Positions 40,593 to 55,226 of a DNA stretch of 64,000 bases are shown here, in pieces (position 1 is the stretch's first letter; each line of letters starts with the position of its first letter). The notes under the pieces are model-generated. The model made no database searches. It saw only the letters and a program-made list of their open reading frames with translations, and was not told where the DNA came from. The stretch comes from Eledone cirrhosa. Taxonomy: Eukaryota. The stretch covers positions 30,752,001 to 30,816,000 of the forward strand of contig OZ024756.1 in the NCBI GenBank assembly GCA_964016885.1, in the 5' to 3' direction. Both the position numbers and the translations under genes were made by a program.

Positions 40593-41664
40593 AGTATGCA
40601 TGTAGTTATATATTTGTGTATGTATGTATTTATGCACGTATGTATGTATATATGTATATATGTATATATATACATGCATGTATATATGTAAATACATATA
40701 TGCATGTATATATTTATGTATGTTCGCAATCAGTCTTCTTTCAATTTCCTTCTCGTCATCTCTTTAAAACCTTCCACCTCTGCGACTATGACTGTCTCAT
40801 TTTTATCTCTCTTCCTCTCTATATATAACCTACACACTTTTCTCTCTCTTTATCTTTCTTTTTCTTTCCCTTTATCTCCTTCCCCCTCTCTCTCTCCCTC
40901 GGTGTCTATCTGTCTTTTTCTCTGTTTCATTTCTCTAACTCTCTTTCTCTCACTCTTTCTGTATCTCTCTCTTCTTCTATGGCATATCAATAATGAAAAA
41001 TTAATAGATTAATTCAACTAATCGATTTAAAGTGAAATACCATTATCAATTTAAAAAAATAATATTCCAAAAAATTTAAAATTAAAATAATAATAATAAT
41101 TATGATAATAATTTCAAATTTCCATATTTTTTCAATGTTTTTCAAATTTTTTCTCATAATTTCTGTTTTTTAAATTAATTTCCTAATGAATTTTTATTAA
41201 TTTAGTGTCTCTTAGAAACCATTATTATGATTCTGGAATAAATTCCATCAAAATAACCCTCAAGATGTTGTTACTATTGTCGTTGTTGGTGCTGTTATTG
41301 TCGTTGTTGTTGCTGTTATTATTGTCGTCGTTGTTGTTTTATTATTGCCGTTGTTGTTGCTGTTATTATTGTCGTTGTTGTTGCTGTTATTATTGTCGTT
41401 GTTTTTGTTGTGATGTTGTTGCTGTTTTTACTGCTGCTGTTGTTGTTGTTATTATTTAGTTCTAGCTCAATTCTGATCCAGCTGATTTATGATCAAAGGT
41501 ATTTCAACCAAGGACATACTGTCCTCTAGCAATGAATATGTAACATAGGTGATCACCATTTGGCAAAGTCGTTATGGTTGGTGGGTAGAATGCTTCACGC
41601 TATTTAATCTGCGGCTCTTTGCAGAATGAGTTCTAAACGCGCTGAGGCCACCTTTGCTGATCAT

Positions 41665-42190
41665 GCTTAAAGACTCAATATAACCTAACTCAGAGATACA
41701 TATGTGCATGACCTGGTTTAAAGGTCATATATGAAGGCTCAATATAACCTAGCTCAGAGATACATATATGCATCACTATGTTTAAAGGTCATCATTGAAA
41801 GCTCAGTATAACCTAGCCTAGAGACGCATATGTGCATGACCTAGTTTAAAGGTCATATTTGAAAACTCAATATAACCCAACCCAGAAACTCATATGTGCA
41901 TGACCTAGTTTAAAGGTCATATTTGAAAACTCAATATAACCCAACCCAGAAACTCATATGTGCATGACCTGATTTAAAGGTCATATTTGAAAACTCAATA
42001 TAACTCAACCCAGAAACACATATGCATGACTTAGTTTAAAGGTGATCCTTGAAGGCTCAGTATAACCTAGCGCAGAGAGACACATAAGTGCATCACCTGG
42101 TTTAAAGGTCATATTTGAAGGCTCAATATAACATAGCTCAGAGAAAAATATATGAATCACTTGGTTTAAAGGTGATCCTTGGTTTAAAGC
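41665..42190. repeat. Minisatellite, about 63-bp unit, about 8 copies
   Basis: aggtcatatttgaaaactcaatataacc...catgacctagtttaa repeated. Confidence 0.92.
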
Positions 42191-42391
42191 TGGTCTTTTG
42201 AATAACAAGGAGATTTTATCTGAATTTTTAAATATGAAAATACCTGAGGAATGTATTTTAGTATATGGTCTTAAACATTCAGCTAATTACAACTTGCGGC
42301 TTTCAAGACAGTATAAATAAATTAATAAGGAAATCTTTAAGCGTATGTCTGTTCAGTCGAAGAAGAAACAATAAGCAAAAAGAACAGCAGA

Positions 42392-42392
<1 letters not shown>

Positions 42393-42467
<75 letters not shown>

Positions 42468-42494
42468 ACTGCCCCTATTACTACTACTACTAAG

Positions 42495-42560
<66 letters not shown>

Positions 42561-42564
42561 TCTG

Positions 42565-42619
<55 letters not shown>

Positions 42620-42720
42620 AACTACTACTACTACTACTACTGCTGCTGCTACTACTACTACTACTACTACTATTACTACTAATACTACTACCACTGCTAC
42701 TACTACTACTACTACTAGCA
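42393..42720. repeat. (CTA)n/(CTG)n compound microsatellite
   Basis: Read directly. Confidence 0.95.
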
Positions 42721-42965
42721 ACAACAGTACAACACAATAGTCCTCTCGAAACCACACACGTTCCACTACTGAAATATTCAACATTTTCCAACATATGATA
42801 CTGTTGTTTATATAATACTATGTCAACTTCATCGTACAATTAATCAATCAGCATAAATGTTTTTTTTTTACAAACGTTTCATTTCATTTAACAACACACT
42901 CAAATGACTGCTTTCTACAACATCCATTTTTATTCTGATTCCTAGGACTGGCGCTACCATTAGAA

Positions 42966-43407
42966 CAGAGGTTCTCAAAGTGGGAGCTACCGCCCCTCGG
43001 GGGCCATTGAGAAGGTCTAGGGGGCACGGTATAGATGATACAGTAGTTTATTAAATATAAAATGATACATATTATATATAAATATAGTAAAATAGTAAAA
43101 TAAATAATATTTATTTATACATAGTAAATATTATATTATTTATTATATATAAATAAAAGATATTATTTTTTATATAGCCTGATCTGAGTTCAAATCCCGC
43201 CGAGGTTAACTTGGACTTTCATCTATACAGAGGTCGATAGAATAAAGTACCAGTAATATACTGTGTTATTGCTGGCCTTGTGCCAAAAGTAGAAACAATT
43301 ATTTATTATATATTATTTACAATTTGCGTGGAGGAGTGGTTGGGGAGCTCTGAGGATAGTAAGTGGCCGTAAGGAGGGCGCTGGTCCCAAAAGTATGAGG
43401 ACCTCTG
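42966..43407. mobile_element. hAT (Charlie-like) MITE with a nested partial family A SINE (about 43183-43297)
   Basis: TIRs CAGAGGTTCTCA / TGAGGACCTCTG; 8-bp TSD CATTAGAA at 42958-42965 and 43408-43415. Confidence 0.9.
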
Positions 43408-43527
43408 CATTAGAACAACTAGGGAGCTGTCTAGGGCGCTGACGTCAGAAAGGCGTATTGCTGATCCTTAAAATATCAAAATTTTATAGAAATATGTAGC
43501 ATTAAATCAAATATATAATAATCATTT

Positions 43528-43805
43528 TTTCTACTTTTGTTACAAGGCCAGCAATTATCCCAGTGTATTATGGTACTTTATTTTATCGACCCCTTAAGGA
43601 TGAAAGGCAAAGTTAACCTCGGTGGGATTTGAACACAGACCGTAAAGGGGCTTAACTCTATGCTGCAAATCAAGGCGTCCGACCTTCTACCGATACTGAC
43701 CATCCACCGCCTAATATAATAATGATTTCTACTATAAGCAGAAGGCCAGAAATTTGGAGGAGGCGGAAGTCGATTAAATCGACACCAGTGCATTACTGGA
43801 ACTTT
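43528..43805 (-). mobile_element. Family A SINE (43528-43712) plus a second 3' fragment
   Basis: Core and head motifs on the minus strand. Confidence 0.85.
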
Positions 43806-44588
43806 ATGTGTGTGCGTATGTTTAGTTTTATGTGTACAAGTGCGTGTGTGTGTGTGTGTGTGTGTATGTCTGTATGTGAGTATGTGTATATATCTACTTA
43901 TGTGTGTCTGAGTGGGAAAAAAAATTAACCTCAAGTCCCATGATCATTTAAGTTCGAAAGTTTTGAGACAAGCTGACTCCAACTCTGAAAATTGCGGGAA
44001 TTTTTAGAAATTATATTTTCTCTATTCCTTTATTTTTTTTAGGGATGTGCATGTGTGTATGTGCATATGTTTGTCTGTGTGTATGATTGTGTCTGTAGGC
44101 GGGTATGTTAGTAACAGTTACAATATCGTTCTTCTGAAAGTAATATTATTTAAAGTTTTATTTTGGTAGAAAAAATGTATTTACGACGTAGTTTGTTCAT
44201 CAATAATTCATTTATTATAAAATTTTATTATGTCAAAACTTGCTTCGAGACGCCATGATGTTTTTCGAGCGGTGTCTATATATATATATATATAAGTGTA
44301 CATATGTTGTGTTTATATATATATAAACACGGATATTCACACATACACACACATATGATATAGATAGATAGAGAGATAATTTGATAGATATATATAGATT
44401 TTTTCGGTTGTTTGAGTATAGTTTTGATCACAAAGCAATATAAGAGAACGCTTAATAATTAAATAAATAATTAAATAAAAATTACAATATAAAAATACAT
44501 ATACATATATACAAATATATATGTATGTACATATATATATATATTTACGCATATATATATATATATATTTACGTACATACATACACAC

Positions 44589-44665
<77 letters not shown>

Positions 44666-45013
44666 CATACATACATACATACATACATACATACATACAT
44701 ACATACATACATACATACAGACATACATACAGAGATACGAACAGATATAAATATAGGGGCAAGATAAAAATATACGTGAATAAAAAATATTAGGCATTTG
44801 TTTACAGTATTAAAAACACGGCTTTATTGTGATAGAGAAAACTAATGGCAGGGAATTGATGTTTACAAATACTATAGAACAAACGAAGAAGAAAAATATA
44901 TAACTGGAAATTTACAAAAGATTTTTTTTTAAATGTAGTTTAATTTAACTATTTCTCTTCTGTATACGAATATATGAATGTATATATACATAATATACAC
45001 ATAATATACACAT

Positions 45014-45069
<56 letters not shown>

Positions 45070-45071
45070 TA

Positions 45072-45117
<46 letters not shown>

Positions 45118-45259
45118 TATATATATATATATGTGTGTGTGTCTGTGTGTGTATGTGTACGTGTGTGTGTGTTTGTGCGTATTATTAAACTTTACTACGT
45201 TTCCACTACTTCAATTTCAATTTGCAGAGGCTTACGTCAGACTGCAGATAAAATGTTAC

Positions 45260-45332
<73 letters not shown>

Positions 45333-46051
45333 ATATATAATTTATTAATACATTAATACATTAATTCCATCATTTTAAAATGAATTTAAACACCGGACTC
45401 GAAATAATCAAATTAGTAAATAAAAAAAAAACATATAAGTGAATACCGATTTTTATGTCTTCTTAAATGGCTACATTTTCTCTACGGTTTCAACCCCACG
45501 TAGCTCTGAAGAACATTACGTGCCATATATACAATTTCAAAATATCCTCGTAATAATGTAGAAAATTCAAGAGCAGCAACATCCGAGACCACATCATGCA
45601 ATTAAGGCCATTGAACAATCAATCCTCTAGCAAATAACATTCACGTACTTCTCTTCAGTTAGTCTTAAGATTATATCGATCATTTAGATCATTTATAGTA
45701 TTTGTTTAGTAAGCGTCTAGATCTGTACATTGAAACTGAAACAATGAAGCCATTTTATTGTTATATTCATTTAGGGAGGTCGGTTGGCAGTGCTGCTAGA
45801 AGATCGGACGCCATGCTTTGCAGCATAGAGTAACGACCTTTATGAGTAATATAATATTCTCGTTATGAAGCTGGTGTTTCAAAGATAACATAACAAAGGT
45901 TGTTACACAATATTATATTGAAAGATATATACATAAATATAAAGATTTTAACTCAAACAGTTTAATATTGTAGAACCAGGGCCAGTTTTGGGTATTTTGT
46001 ATAAAAAGCATTGATTCGTACCCAGAGTATGTTGCGTTATTTTACTTTAAG

Positions 46052-46258
46052 TGGAGTGGATCGGCAGTATCGGTTGAGCGTCGGGCACCATGCATAGATT
46101 GACGGCCCTTTATGATCTGAGTTCAAATCCCGCCGAGGTTACCTTTGCCTTTCATCATTACCGGGTCGATAAAATAAAGAACCAGTCACCCACTGGTGTC
46201 CATTTAGTCGACTTTCCCCCTCCCCCAAAATTGATGGCCCTGTGCCTATAGTAGAAAT
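46052..46258 (+). mobile_element. Family A SINE
   Basis: gagttcaaatcccgccgaggttacctttgcctttcatc...gtgcctatagtagaaa. Confidence 0.85.
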
Positions 46259-46991
46259 CATAATTGTGTTCATTTAAGACCATACCAATCTTGTTATTTT
46301 CACTTTCGTATATTTCTAAATTTATGAAAAATATCCCCGAATTTTCTGCCACATAAGTATAGAGACAGTTACACGGCATAAAACATATAATTACAAAATT
46401 GTAGTTGCCTGTTATGGTAAAGAAAATTGTTCAAGAAACCGTACAGTGGCAGCGAACCCGGGACCATATAACTGTAAAACGAACTTCCAAAGAATTGAGA
46501 CATGCTATGTTCATATCTCGAATGTAATCACAGAGTCAATGAACTTTTCAGCATGTTGAATGATGCTATAGATCACCCTTCCCCCTAATATTCTACATAA
46601 ATACCACCTATAGCTTTTAACGCGGGAGCCCTCATATTATACGATATTTCTCCCAAGAATTCAAACAAAATTATTATTTTCATGGATATTCCTAGAATGC
46701 AGGAACCGAATGTTTTCATGAATGACACGATTTAAGTTATAACAGCATGGTTTCCTAGGTATTCATTATTTCTAAGTGTTTTCTTTTTCTTGCAGGAGTG
46801 AATTGTTATTGGTATTGTAGTAGTTGTGGTAGTAGTAGTGGTAGTAAGCAGGATGTTGAACAGAATACATTGTACCAAATTTCCTCCTATCTCTTTCAAT
46901 CTCTATTCCATTTAAAACCTCTCGCATATTTTTTTCTATATACATATAGAAAATTAGATAAATATAGATCAATATATTTATACATATATAT

Positions 46992-47056
<65 letters not shown>

Positions 47057-47063
47057 AATATAC

Positions 47064-47109
<46 letters not shown>

Positions 47110-47343
47110 AATACATATATATATAAATATGTGTGTGTATTTTTCGTCTGTGTGTGTATATGAAAGTGACGTACGCTAGATGGGGATGGGAGAGAGAAGA
47201 ATATTTTATCTCCAGTGTGAGATATTCAGTGAGAGAGAACTTTTAGAATCGGTAGTCCATAGAATTTATGTAAGACTATATAATACACTACCTTTAATAT
47301 ATCACAGTATATTTGTTATACTTCACAAAACAAAACACAGACA

Positions 47344-47395
<52 letters not shown>

Positions 47396-47404
47396 ATATA
47401 TATG

Positions 47405-47694
<290 letters not shown>

Positions 47695-48465
47695 CATTAA
47701 TGAATAGAAAACATCACAGCAATATATTATATGAGAGTAACTTAAAACACAGAATATAATATAATATAATATAATATAATATAATTGCAATACAATACAA
47801 AACATATACATTTAAAATGTTCAAAAGAAAAAAAATTAAACCATTTTTTGTTGCTTTTAACTATTTTGTACACAATCGTTATTACTATAAATCAAAGAGA
47901 CAAATGAAGAGAAAAATTTAAAATCAAATACTACAAAATTGGACGAAACGAAATGATACATCTACAGCTTAAAAACATTAAAAAACGTCTGTTTCTGAAA
48001 TTGAAAACAAAAAAAGAATTACTTGAAGCTAAATGTATAAATTACAATACAACTATTATTATTGATAATACTGTTTTGTTTTTTTCTTTGAGAGTTGAAT
48101 TTTTATTAGCAATGTGGGGAGATCTTATTTTCTTTTGAAAATATCCAATAAATACAATGACTTTTAAAGTTTTTATTCTTGTAGTATATTTTACTCCTAA
48201 ATTTTGAGTAGCTTACTGAATTATTATTGTTATAGTTACTATTAAAAATTAATAAAAAAAAATTTTTAAATCAATGACAAAAATTCGAAAATATTTTTAT
48301 TATTAATCATCAACCTCATATTGATAATTTTTGGTGATGTAATATTTTTATCTATTTTTTTTAAATTTATATATTTAACATTTCAAATAAAATGTTGGCT
48401 TCTTTTTTATATACATCCTATCGTAAATATCATATAGATATATATGATATGATATGATAAGATGC

Positions 48466-48500
<35 letters not shown>

Positions 48501-48665
48501 AACGAGTAGGACCCCGACGGCTGAGCTCAAGCCGTTTCGACGGCTAATTCTGAGTCCAGAATTAGCCGTTGAAACGGCTTCAGCTCATGTGCCGTTGAAA
48601 CGGCTTCTGTCCTATGGCGTAGGACAGAAGAAAGGAAAGGCACAGAAACAAAGAAAGGAATCCCT

Positions 48666-48708
48666 GTCACTGAAGAGGTCACAGAGTGTGTGACGAAAGG
48701 ACTATGAC
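48666..48708 (+). ncRNA. Type I minimal hammerhead ribozyme
   Basis: GTCA-CTGAAGA-G-GTCACA-gagtg-TGTGAC-GAAA-GGAC-TA-TGAC. Confidence 0.78.
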
Positions 48709-48925
48709 TATATATAAACAACTATCTGGTTGTGGAACCAACCAACCAGAAATTTATAGATTTGTAGATTTGTAAATTTATAAATTTATAAATATATAAT
48801 AAATTGAAGTGAAAGCAACTGGTGCGTGTGTTTCTTATTGGCAACATGACCCTCCCAAAGTATAACAATATCGGTTTCAACACACGATTTCAGATAAAGA
48901 ATCTTGCTAAACAAATTCAGAAACG

Positions 48926-48964
<39 letters not shown>

Positions 48965-49184
48965 GATAAATCTACCAAAATATACGGTAGTGTCCAATCC
49001 GTATGAAGAACTCAATGTAATCCAAATATCATGAAAAGAGAAGATTTATTCAAAGCTTTTTCGATGAAAATCACAGGAAAACAGAGTCAAGATAAATTAA
49101 TAAAAACAACGAATAAAAACAAAGAAACAGGTCCTTATATTAAACAATTCATCATTTTACGATCGTTTCTAGGATATATATATG

Positions 49185-49318
49185 ATTATTTCTGAAGACA
49201 GCATATATATGTGTAGGTATGTATATTCCCTCTGATAGTCTTTAAAATACTTACATAGATCTATATGATATACATACCAACACACACATATATATCCTAG
49301 AAACGATCGTAAAATGAT
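49185..49318 (+). ncRNA. Type I hammerhead ribozyme with an approximately 100-nt stem II insert
   Basis: ATTATTT-CTGAAGA(49192-49198)-cAGcATATATATGTGT...ACACATATATATcCTa-GAAA(49300-49303)-CGATCG-TA-AAATGAT. Confidence 0.72.
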
Positions 49319-49338
49319 GAATTTCATTGTTTTTATTA

Positions 49339-49420
<82 letters not shown>

Positions 49421-49889
49421 GAGAACCTGTGCGATCAGTACGAGTTCCCTAAAGCCAATTCTACTGAAGAACTGCTCCTCTATAAACACCCAACATTGGA
49501 ATATCAACCTTGAAATACCTGAAAAGACGACAACAATGTCTTTGTAGTATAACCTAAAGCTTACTCTTCTTTCATTCTTTCATTCTTCCACATGGAAAAT
49601 AATAGATATGAGCGTACATTATATAGTCTCGTCTTTCTTTGGTGCTGAAGTTTAGCCCCTGGTAAAGCCGGATATAGGATATTGTTTGGTTAGATCATAC
49701 ATTCAGTCCACATCATTTCCTTTTATGCATCTTGAACAAAATTGTCCGATCTTTTCCTTGTTTACTCCGTTGATACCAACCATTTGATAAAACCTCTGGT
49801 TCCAAGAAATCATTATACAATTATATATTTTCACTTGTTTATATTCATCTAAAACTTTCCATCAAATTTCTATGTAAAAGTTTATATAA

Positions 49890-50345
49890 GTTACTTTCAA
49901 ACTACAAGCTTATAATAGCAACATTTATTATATTAATAAATCTCACCAAATTCTTGATGATTTTCCAAATTATATGAAAATAATAAGCAGTGTCTTTCAT
50001 TAGAAATATGGCAAAAAGTGGTTTAAATAGTTTATATTTATCTAAAGGATGTTACCTCAATATAATTAAACAAATTACGTACCAAAGATTAGCTTATAGG
50101 ATGAAAGTTATATTACTAAATCCCACCAATTTCATGATTATTTTCCAAATTATATGACAATCATTAACAGAGTCTTTCATCAGAAATATGGCTACAAGAA
50201 GGTGTTTATATTTATTTAAAAAACATTCTGCATAATTCTATGAGAAAAATCTTTTTTTAAATTAAATTACATCAAAATACCATCTTATATTATGAAAGTT
50301 AGTTATATTACTAAATTACATTGAATTGTTGATTATTTTACAAAG
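49890..50345. repeat. Diverged tandem repeat, about 185-bp unit, about 2.5 copies
   Basis: tatattactaaatcccaccaatttc.tgat.attttccaaattatatg recurs near 49930, 50110 and 50305. Confidence 0.7.
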
Positions 50346-50354
50346 GATATTAAT

Positions 50355-50535
50355 GTGGATTGGCAGTATCGGTAGAGGGTCCGACGCCATGCTTTGACGT
50401 ATAGAGTTACGGTCCTTGCCATTCTGAGTTCAAATTCCGCCGAGGTTAACTTTGCCTTTCATCCTTACAGGGTCGATAAAATAAAGTACCAGTAATGCAC
50501 TGGGGAATTGCTAGCCTTGTGCCAAACGTAGAAAC
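50355..50535 (+). mobile_element. Family A SINE
   Basis: Box A, box B, core and tail. Confidence 0.88.
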
Positions 50536-51019
50536 AATTAATATTAGTGTTATTTACTTTTAAGAAACATTGTACGGAAAGAAATAAAAAGTATGGTTAA
50601 TGTGAGCCTCACTTGATGTATATAAAAGCATGAAGGCAGATATAAACAACCGCCTGATTTATCATATCCTTGTGGTTGTGTTTATTATCTATATAGAACA
50701 TTATTTATTTCCCCTCTTGTATATAACATAAGAACTTGAAATCATTGATATTGGATATATCCGATTAATTGAACTTACGCTTACACGTACATCCATTTGT
50801 GAGCCCCACGAACTCATTCTCCATCATCTCAGTCTGCCAAACTGTCTATCTACCACTTCTGCCTCGTTTAACACAACACTTCATCCTTGGGGGCATTCAG
50901 TGCAGTCATTCAACTAAGTTTCAAGGAGACCGGAAGCAGATCCTGATGTTTCGCAAATCTAAACCTAAAAAGTGTCATGGACGCTCTCTTTCTCTTCTAG
51001 ACAAAACAATAAAGAAAAT

Positions 51020-51071
51020 CATGATGCTGATGGTGATGATGATGATGGTGGTGATAATGATGATGATGATA

Positions 51072-51167
<96 letters not shown>

Positions 51168-51192
51168 GTGATGATGGTGGTGGTGATGATGA

Positions 51193-51226
<34 letters not shown>

Positions 51227-51228
51227 GG

Positions 51229-51284
<56 letters not shown>

Positions 51285-51368
51285 GTGATGATGGTGATGG
51301 TGATGATGATGATGGTGATGATGTGATAATGATGATGATGATAATGATGATGACGGTGATGATGATGG

Positions 51369-51423
<55 letters not shown>

Positions 51424-51627
51424 AATTATGAAGATAAAGATTACGATAATGGTGATGATGATGACGACGACGACGACGACGACGTCCATGACGCCGATGA
51501 TGATGATGATGATGATGGCGTTTATCATCATCATCTTACTCACCATTATCATCACGATCATCATCATCATCATCATCATCATCGTCATCATTATATTATA
51601 AAACATCGCCATCGCCATCATTACCAT
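51020..51627. repeat. (GAT/GGT)n followed by (CAT)n microsatellite
   Basis: Read directly; strand switch near 51522. Confidence 0.95.
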
Positions 51628-51695
51628 TAATTACTCGACATATACGTAATGTCTGATATATTCGAGGAATCAATCCATCGATGGAATTGCTATAA

Positions 51696-51780
51696 CAATC
51701 AAACAATCAAACAATCAAACAATCAAACAATCAAACAATCAAACAATCAAACAATCAAACAGACAAACAGACAAACAGAT
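51696..51780. repeat. (CAATCAAA)n octamer repeat
   Basis: Read directly. Confidence 0.9.
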
Positions 51781-51977
51781 AGGCTGACAGACAGACAAAA
51801 GATGGCATTTATTTCGTAATGAGAGAGAGAGAGTAGCTAATTAGTTGTTGATTACAAAAATACGAAATGATGAATTAATGACGGTAAAAAACAGCAAATC
51901 AGAAGCAATCAAATAATCATAACGATGATGATGATGATGATGATAGCAATAACAATAATGATAATAATTATTTATAT

Positions 51978-52187
51978 TTTTGGCACAAGGCCAGCAATTT
52001 ATCAGTGTATTACTGGTACTTTATTTTATCACCCCCCCCCCCCCCCCCGTAAGGAAGAAAGGCAAAGTTAACCTCGGCGGGATTTGAACTCAGAATGGCA
52101 AGGGCCGTAACTCTATGCGTCAAAGCATAGCGTCCGACCCTCTACCGATACAGCCATTCCACCGCCCTTATTTTTTTTATAACAATG

Positions 52188-52224
<37 letters not shown>

Positions 52225-52455
52225 TAATAATAATAATGGTTTCTTATATATTTTGGCACAAGGCCAGCAATTTTTGGGGGAGGGGGAAGTCGATTAAATC
52301 GACACCAGTGCGTGACTGGTACTTTATTTTATCTCACCCCGTAAGGATAGAAAGGCAAAGCGAACCTCGGCGGGATTTGAACTCAGATCGTAAAGGCACG
52401 TCACTCTGTGCTGCAAAGCTTGGTGTCTGATGCTCTACCGGTACTGCGAATTCAC
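51978..52455 (-). mobile_element. Two family A SINEs (51978-52167, 52251-52455)
   Basis: Core and head motifs on the minus strand, separated by (TAA)n. Confidence 0.85.
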
Positions 52456-52889
52456 CACATTCAGCAACAATAATAATAGCAACAAAACAAAAATGATAAC
52501 ACCAACAACAACAACAATGATAAGAAGAGAACTGGGATGAGGAGGAGGAGGAGGAGGAGGAGGAGGAGGAGGAGGAGGGGTCGTGGATTGGAGAAGGAGA
52601 GGGACTGGAGAAAAATGTGGAGGATAATGTTAGTATAACTGGCTAATTACTTTATTTGTGTGAAATCCCTGCCAAAGATAGAAAATTATTTGCATTCATA
52701 GCCAAATATATGTCATTACCTACACTTCCATATGTACATTTATGTATATACATATATACATATATTTATACAAAAGCACACACCTATATATATATATATA
52801 CATTTATAAACACACTTCTATATACATATATATATGTGTGGTTGTATATACATATATATATATATATATTTACATATATTTATACAAAA

Positions 52890-52940
<51 letters not shown>

Positions 52941-52993
52941 CATTTATAAACACACCTATATATACATATATAAATGTGTGTGTGTATATACAC

Positions 52994-53076
<83 letters not shown>

Positions 53077-53356
53077 TATATGTATATATATATACATACT
53101 TGTTTTTTGTTGTCGGTGTATGATTAGATGTATGCATATATGAGCAAATATATATACATATATATATATAATATATATATATGTATATATATGTATGTAC
53201 ACTACATTAGAAGATTCTGTACATGTGTACAGGTCTTTCGGTGTACAACATCTACATCTGTGTAAATAAATAAACATAAATACTTCGTTCTATAACGACA
53301 CATGCAAAATAGTTAGTACAGCTATTTACATATACAATTACATACCCACATACACA

Positions 53357-53453
<97 letters not shown>

Positions 53454-53929
53454 TATTCTATATATATATATACTTAATTATATATGTATATATATATATG
53501 TAAATATATATCTATATACATATATGTATATATGTGGATATACGGATATATATGTATACAAAAATGCATGTGCGTGCGTGTGCTTATGTGTGTGTCTATC
53601 TGTGTGTGTGTGTCTCTGTGTGTGTATGTATGTGTGTGTGTGTATGTGTGTGTATGTGTGTGTATGTGTATGGGTGTGTGCGTGTATGTGTGTGTATGTG
53701 TGTGTTTGTGTGTGTGTGTGTGTGTATGTGTGTGTGTGTGTATGTCTGTGTGTGTGTATATATGTGTGTGTGTGTATGTGTATTGATTTCTCTAATCAGA
53801 GGAATTTGTCGTCAGATGAAAGCATTTGTAGTTATTAGTTATTAGGAACCGCCTACTAAGTTTGAGAATGATGAAGAGATTGTATCTCATAATTACTTTC
53901 ATGTATATATGTGTATATATACATATATA

Positions 53930-53993
<64 letters not shown>

Positions 53994-54153
53994 TATATAA
54001 CTATCTTTTATATCTGTTTGCATAAATGTAAGAATATATGTATATATATACACACACACATATATATATATATGCATACATATATATACATATACATATA
54101 TATATATACACGTATATATATTTATATATATATATAAATATGTATGTATATAT

Positions 54154-54206
<53 letters not shown>

Positions 54207-54549
54207 TACATGCGTAAAAGCAATTGTATATAAGAGAGATAACTCCAAAACATGCGAGATACATATACATATAAGCAGAGTATAGAATTAATTTTTGTGG
54301 AAATATATAATGGAGACATTTATGTTTCATCTCTTGATGAATTATATTTATTAGATTAGTCTGATAATTATAATACATCTTTACTTGAAGATTTTATATT
54401 TACATTCTGAATCCTCGCACTGTGATAAAATGCCTTTCATTGCTTTACAGTCAGCCATATAAATATATAGTTAATTAGATCATATATGCTTTCTAGAAAT
54501 CCAGGAGTTTCGAACATTGAGATACGAGCTTCGGTTGAAATTTTAGAGG

Positions 54550-55226
54550 CTGACTATGAAGGATTGATGCTAGAGCTGTGAAATATTACATGCATTAATT
54601 TCAACTCTTCTTATTAATAATTACATTGGTACTTTCCATGGTTGTAAAATAAACCTCATTTGTTTATTCCATAAGAATATCTTGGTCGGCCTATGAAAAA
54701 CGGTATCTTACATGTATTAATCAACCTTTTTTTTTATTAATAACTGCATTGTTTCTATCCGGCGACTATGTTGTAAAATAAATCTCATCTGGTCATTCCA
54801 TGGATGTATCTCGGTCAGCGTATGAAAGACTGCATCTTAGATGCATTAATTTCAACTTTTCTTATTAACAACTACATTGTTTCTTTCCATTGACTAAGTT
54901 GTAAAATATACCTCATTTGGTCATTCCATGACAGTATCTTTGTCAGCCTATGAATGAGTGATGCTAGAGCTGTGAAATCTTGCATGCATTAACTCCAACT
55001 CTTCTACATTTTCCCCCATGGACTATGTTGTAAAATAAACCTCATTTGAACATTTCATGAGAGTATCATAGTCAGCCTATGAAAGAGTGATGCTAGGCTG
55101 TGAAATCTTGCATGTATTAATTTCAACTCTTCTTATTAATAACTGTATTATTTCTGTCCAGGGACTATGTTGTAAAATAAACCTCATTTGGTCATTCCAT
55201 GAGAGTATCTTGGTCAAGCCTATGAA
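54550..55226. repeat. Diverged tandem repeat, about 125-140-bp unit, about 5 copies
   Basis: gttgtaaaataaacctcatttggtcattccatg..agtatct.ggtcagcctatgaa repeated. Confidence 0.88.

Noticed and set aside
41665-42190. Regular repeats resembling a CRISPR array (also 8042-9088, 27380-28200, 54550-55226)
   Set aside because: Whole units repeat without unique spacers; eukaryotic context; no cas genes.
45500-45580. CTGAAGA-acattacg...cgtaataatgt-aGAAA possible HHR
   Set aside because: Stem I and III registers are inconsistent; could be chance.
50769-51627. Poly-Asp/Gly, poly-Met or poly-Ser ORFs suggesting an acidic matrix protein
   Set aside because: All frames are open only because of the (GAT)n repeat; no supported exon structure.
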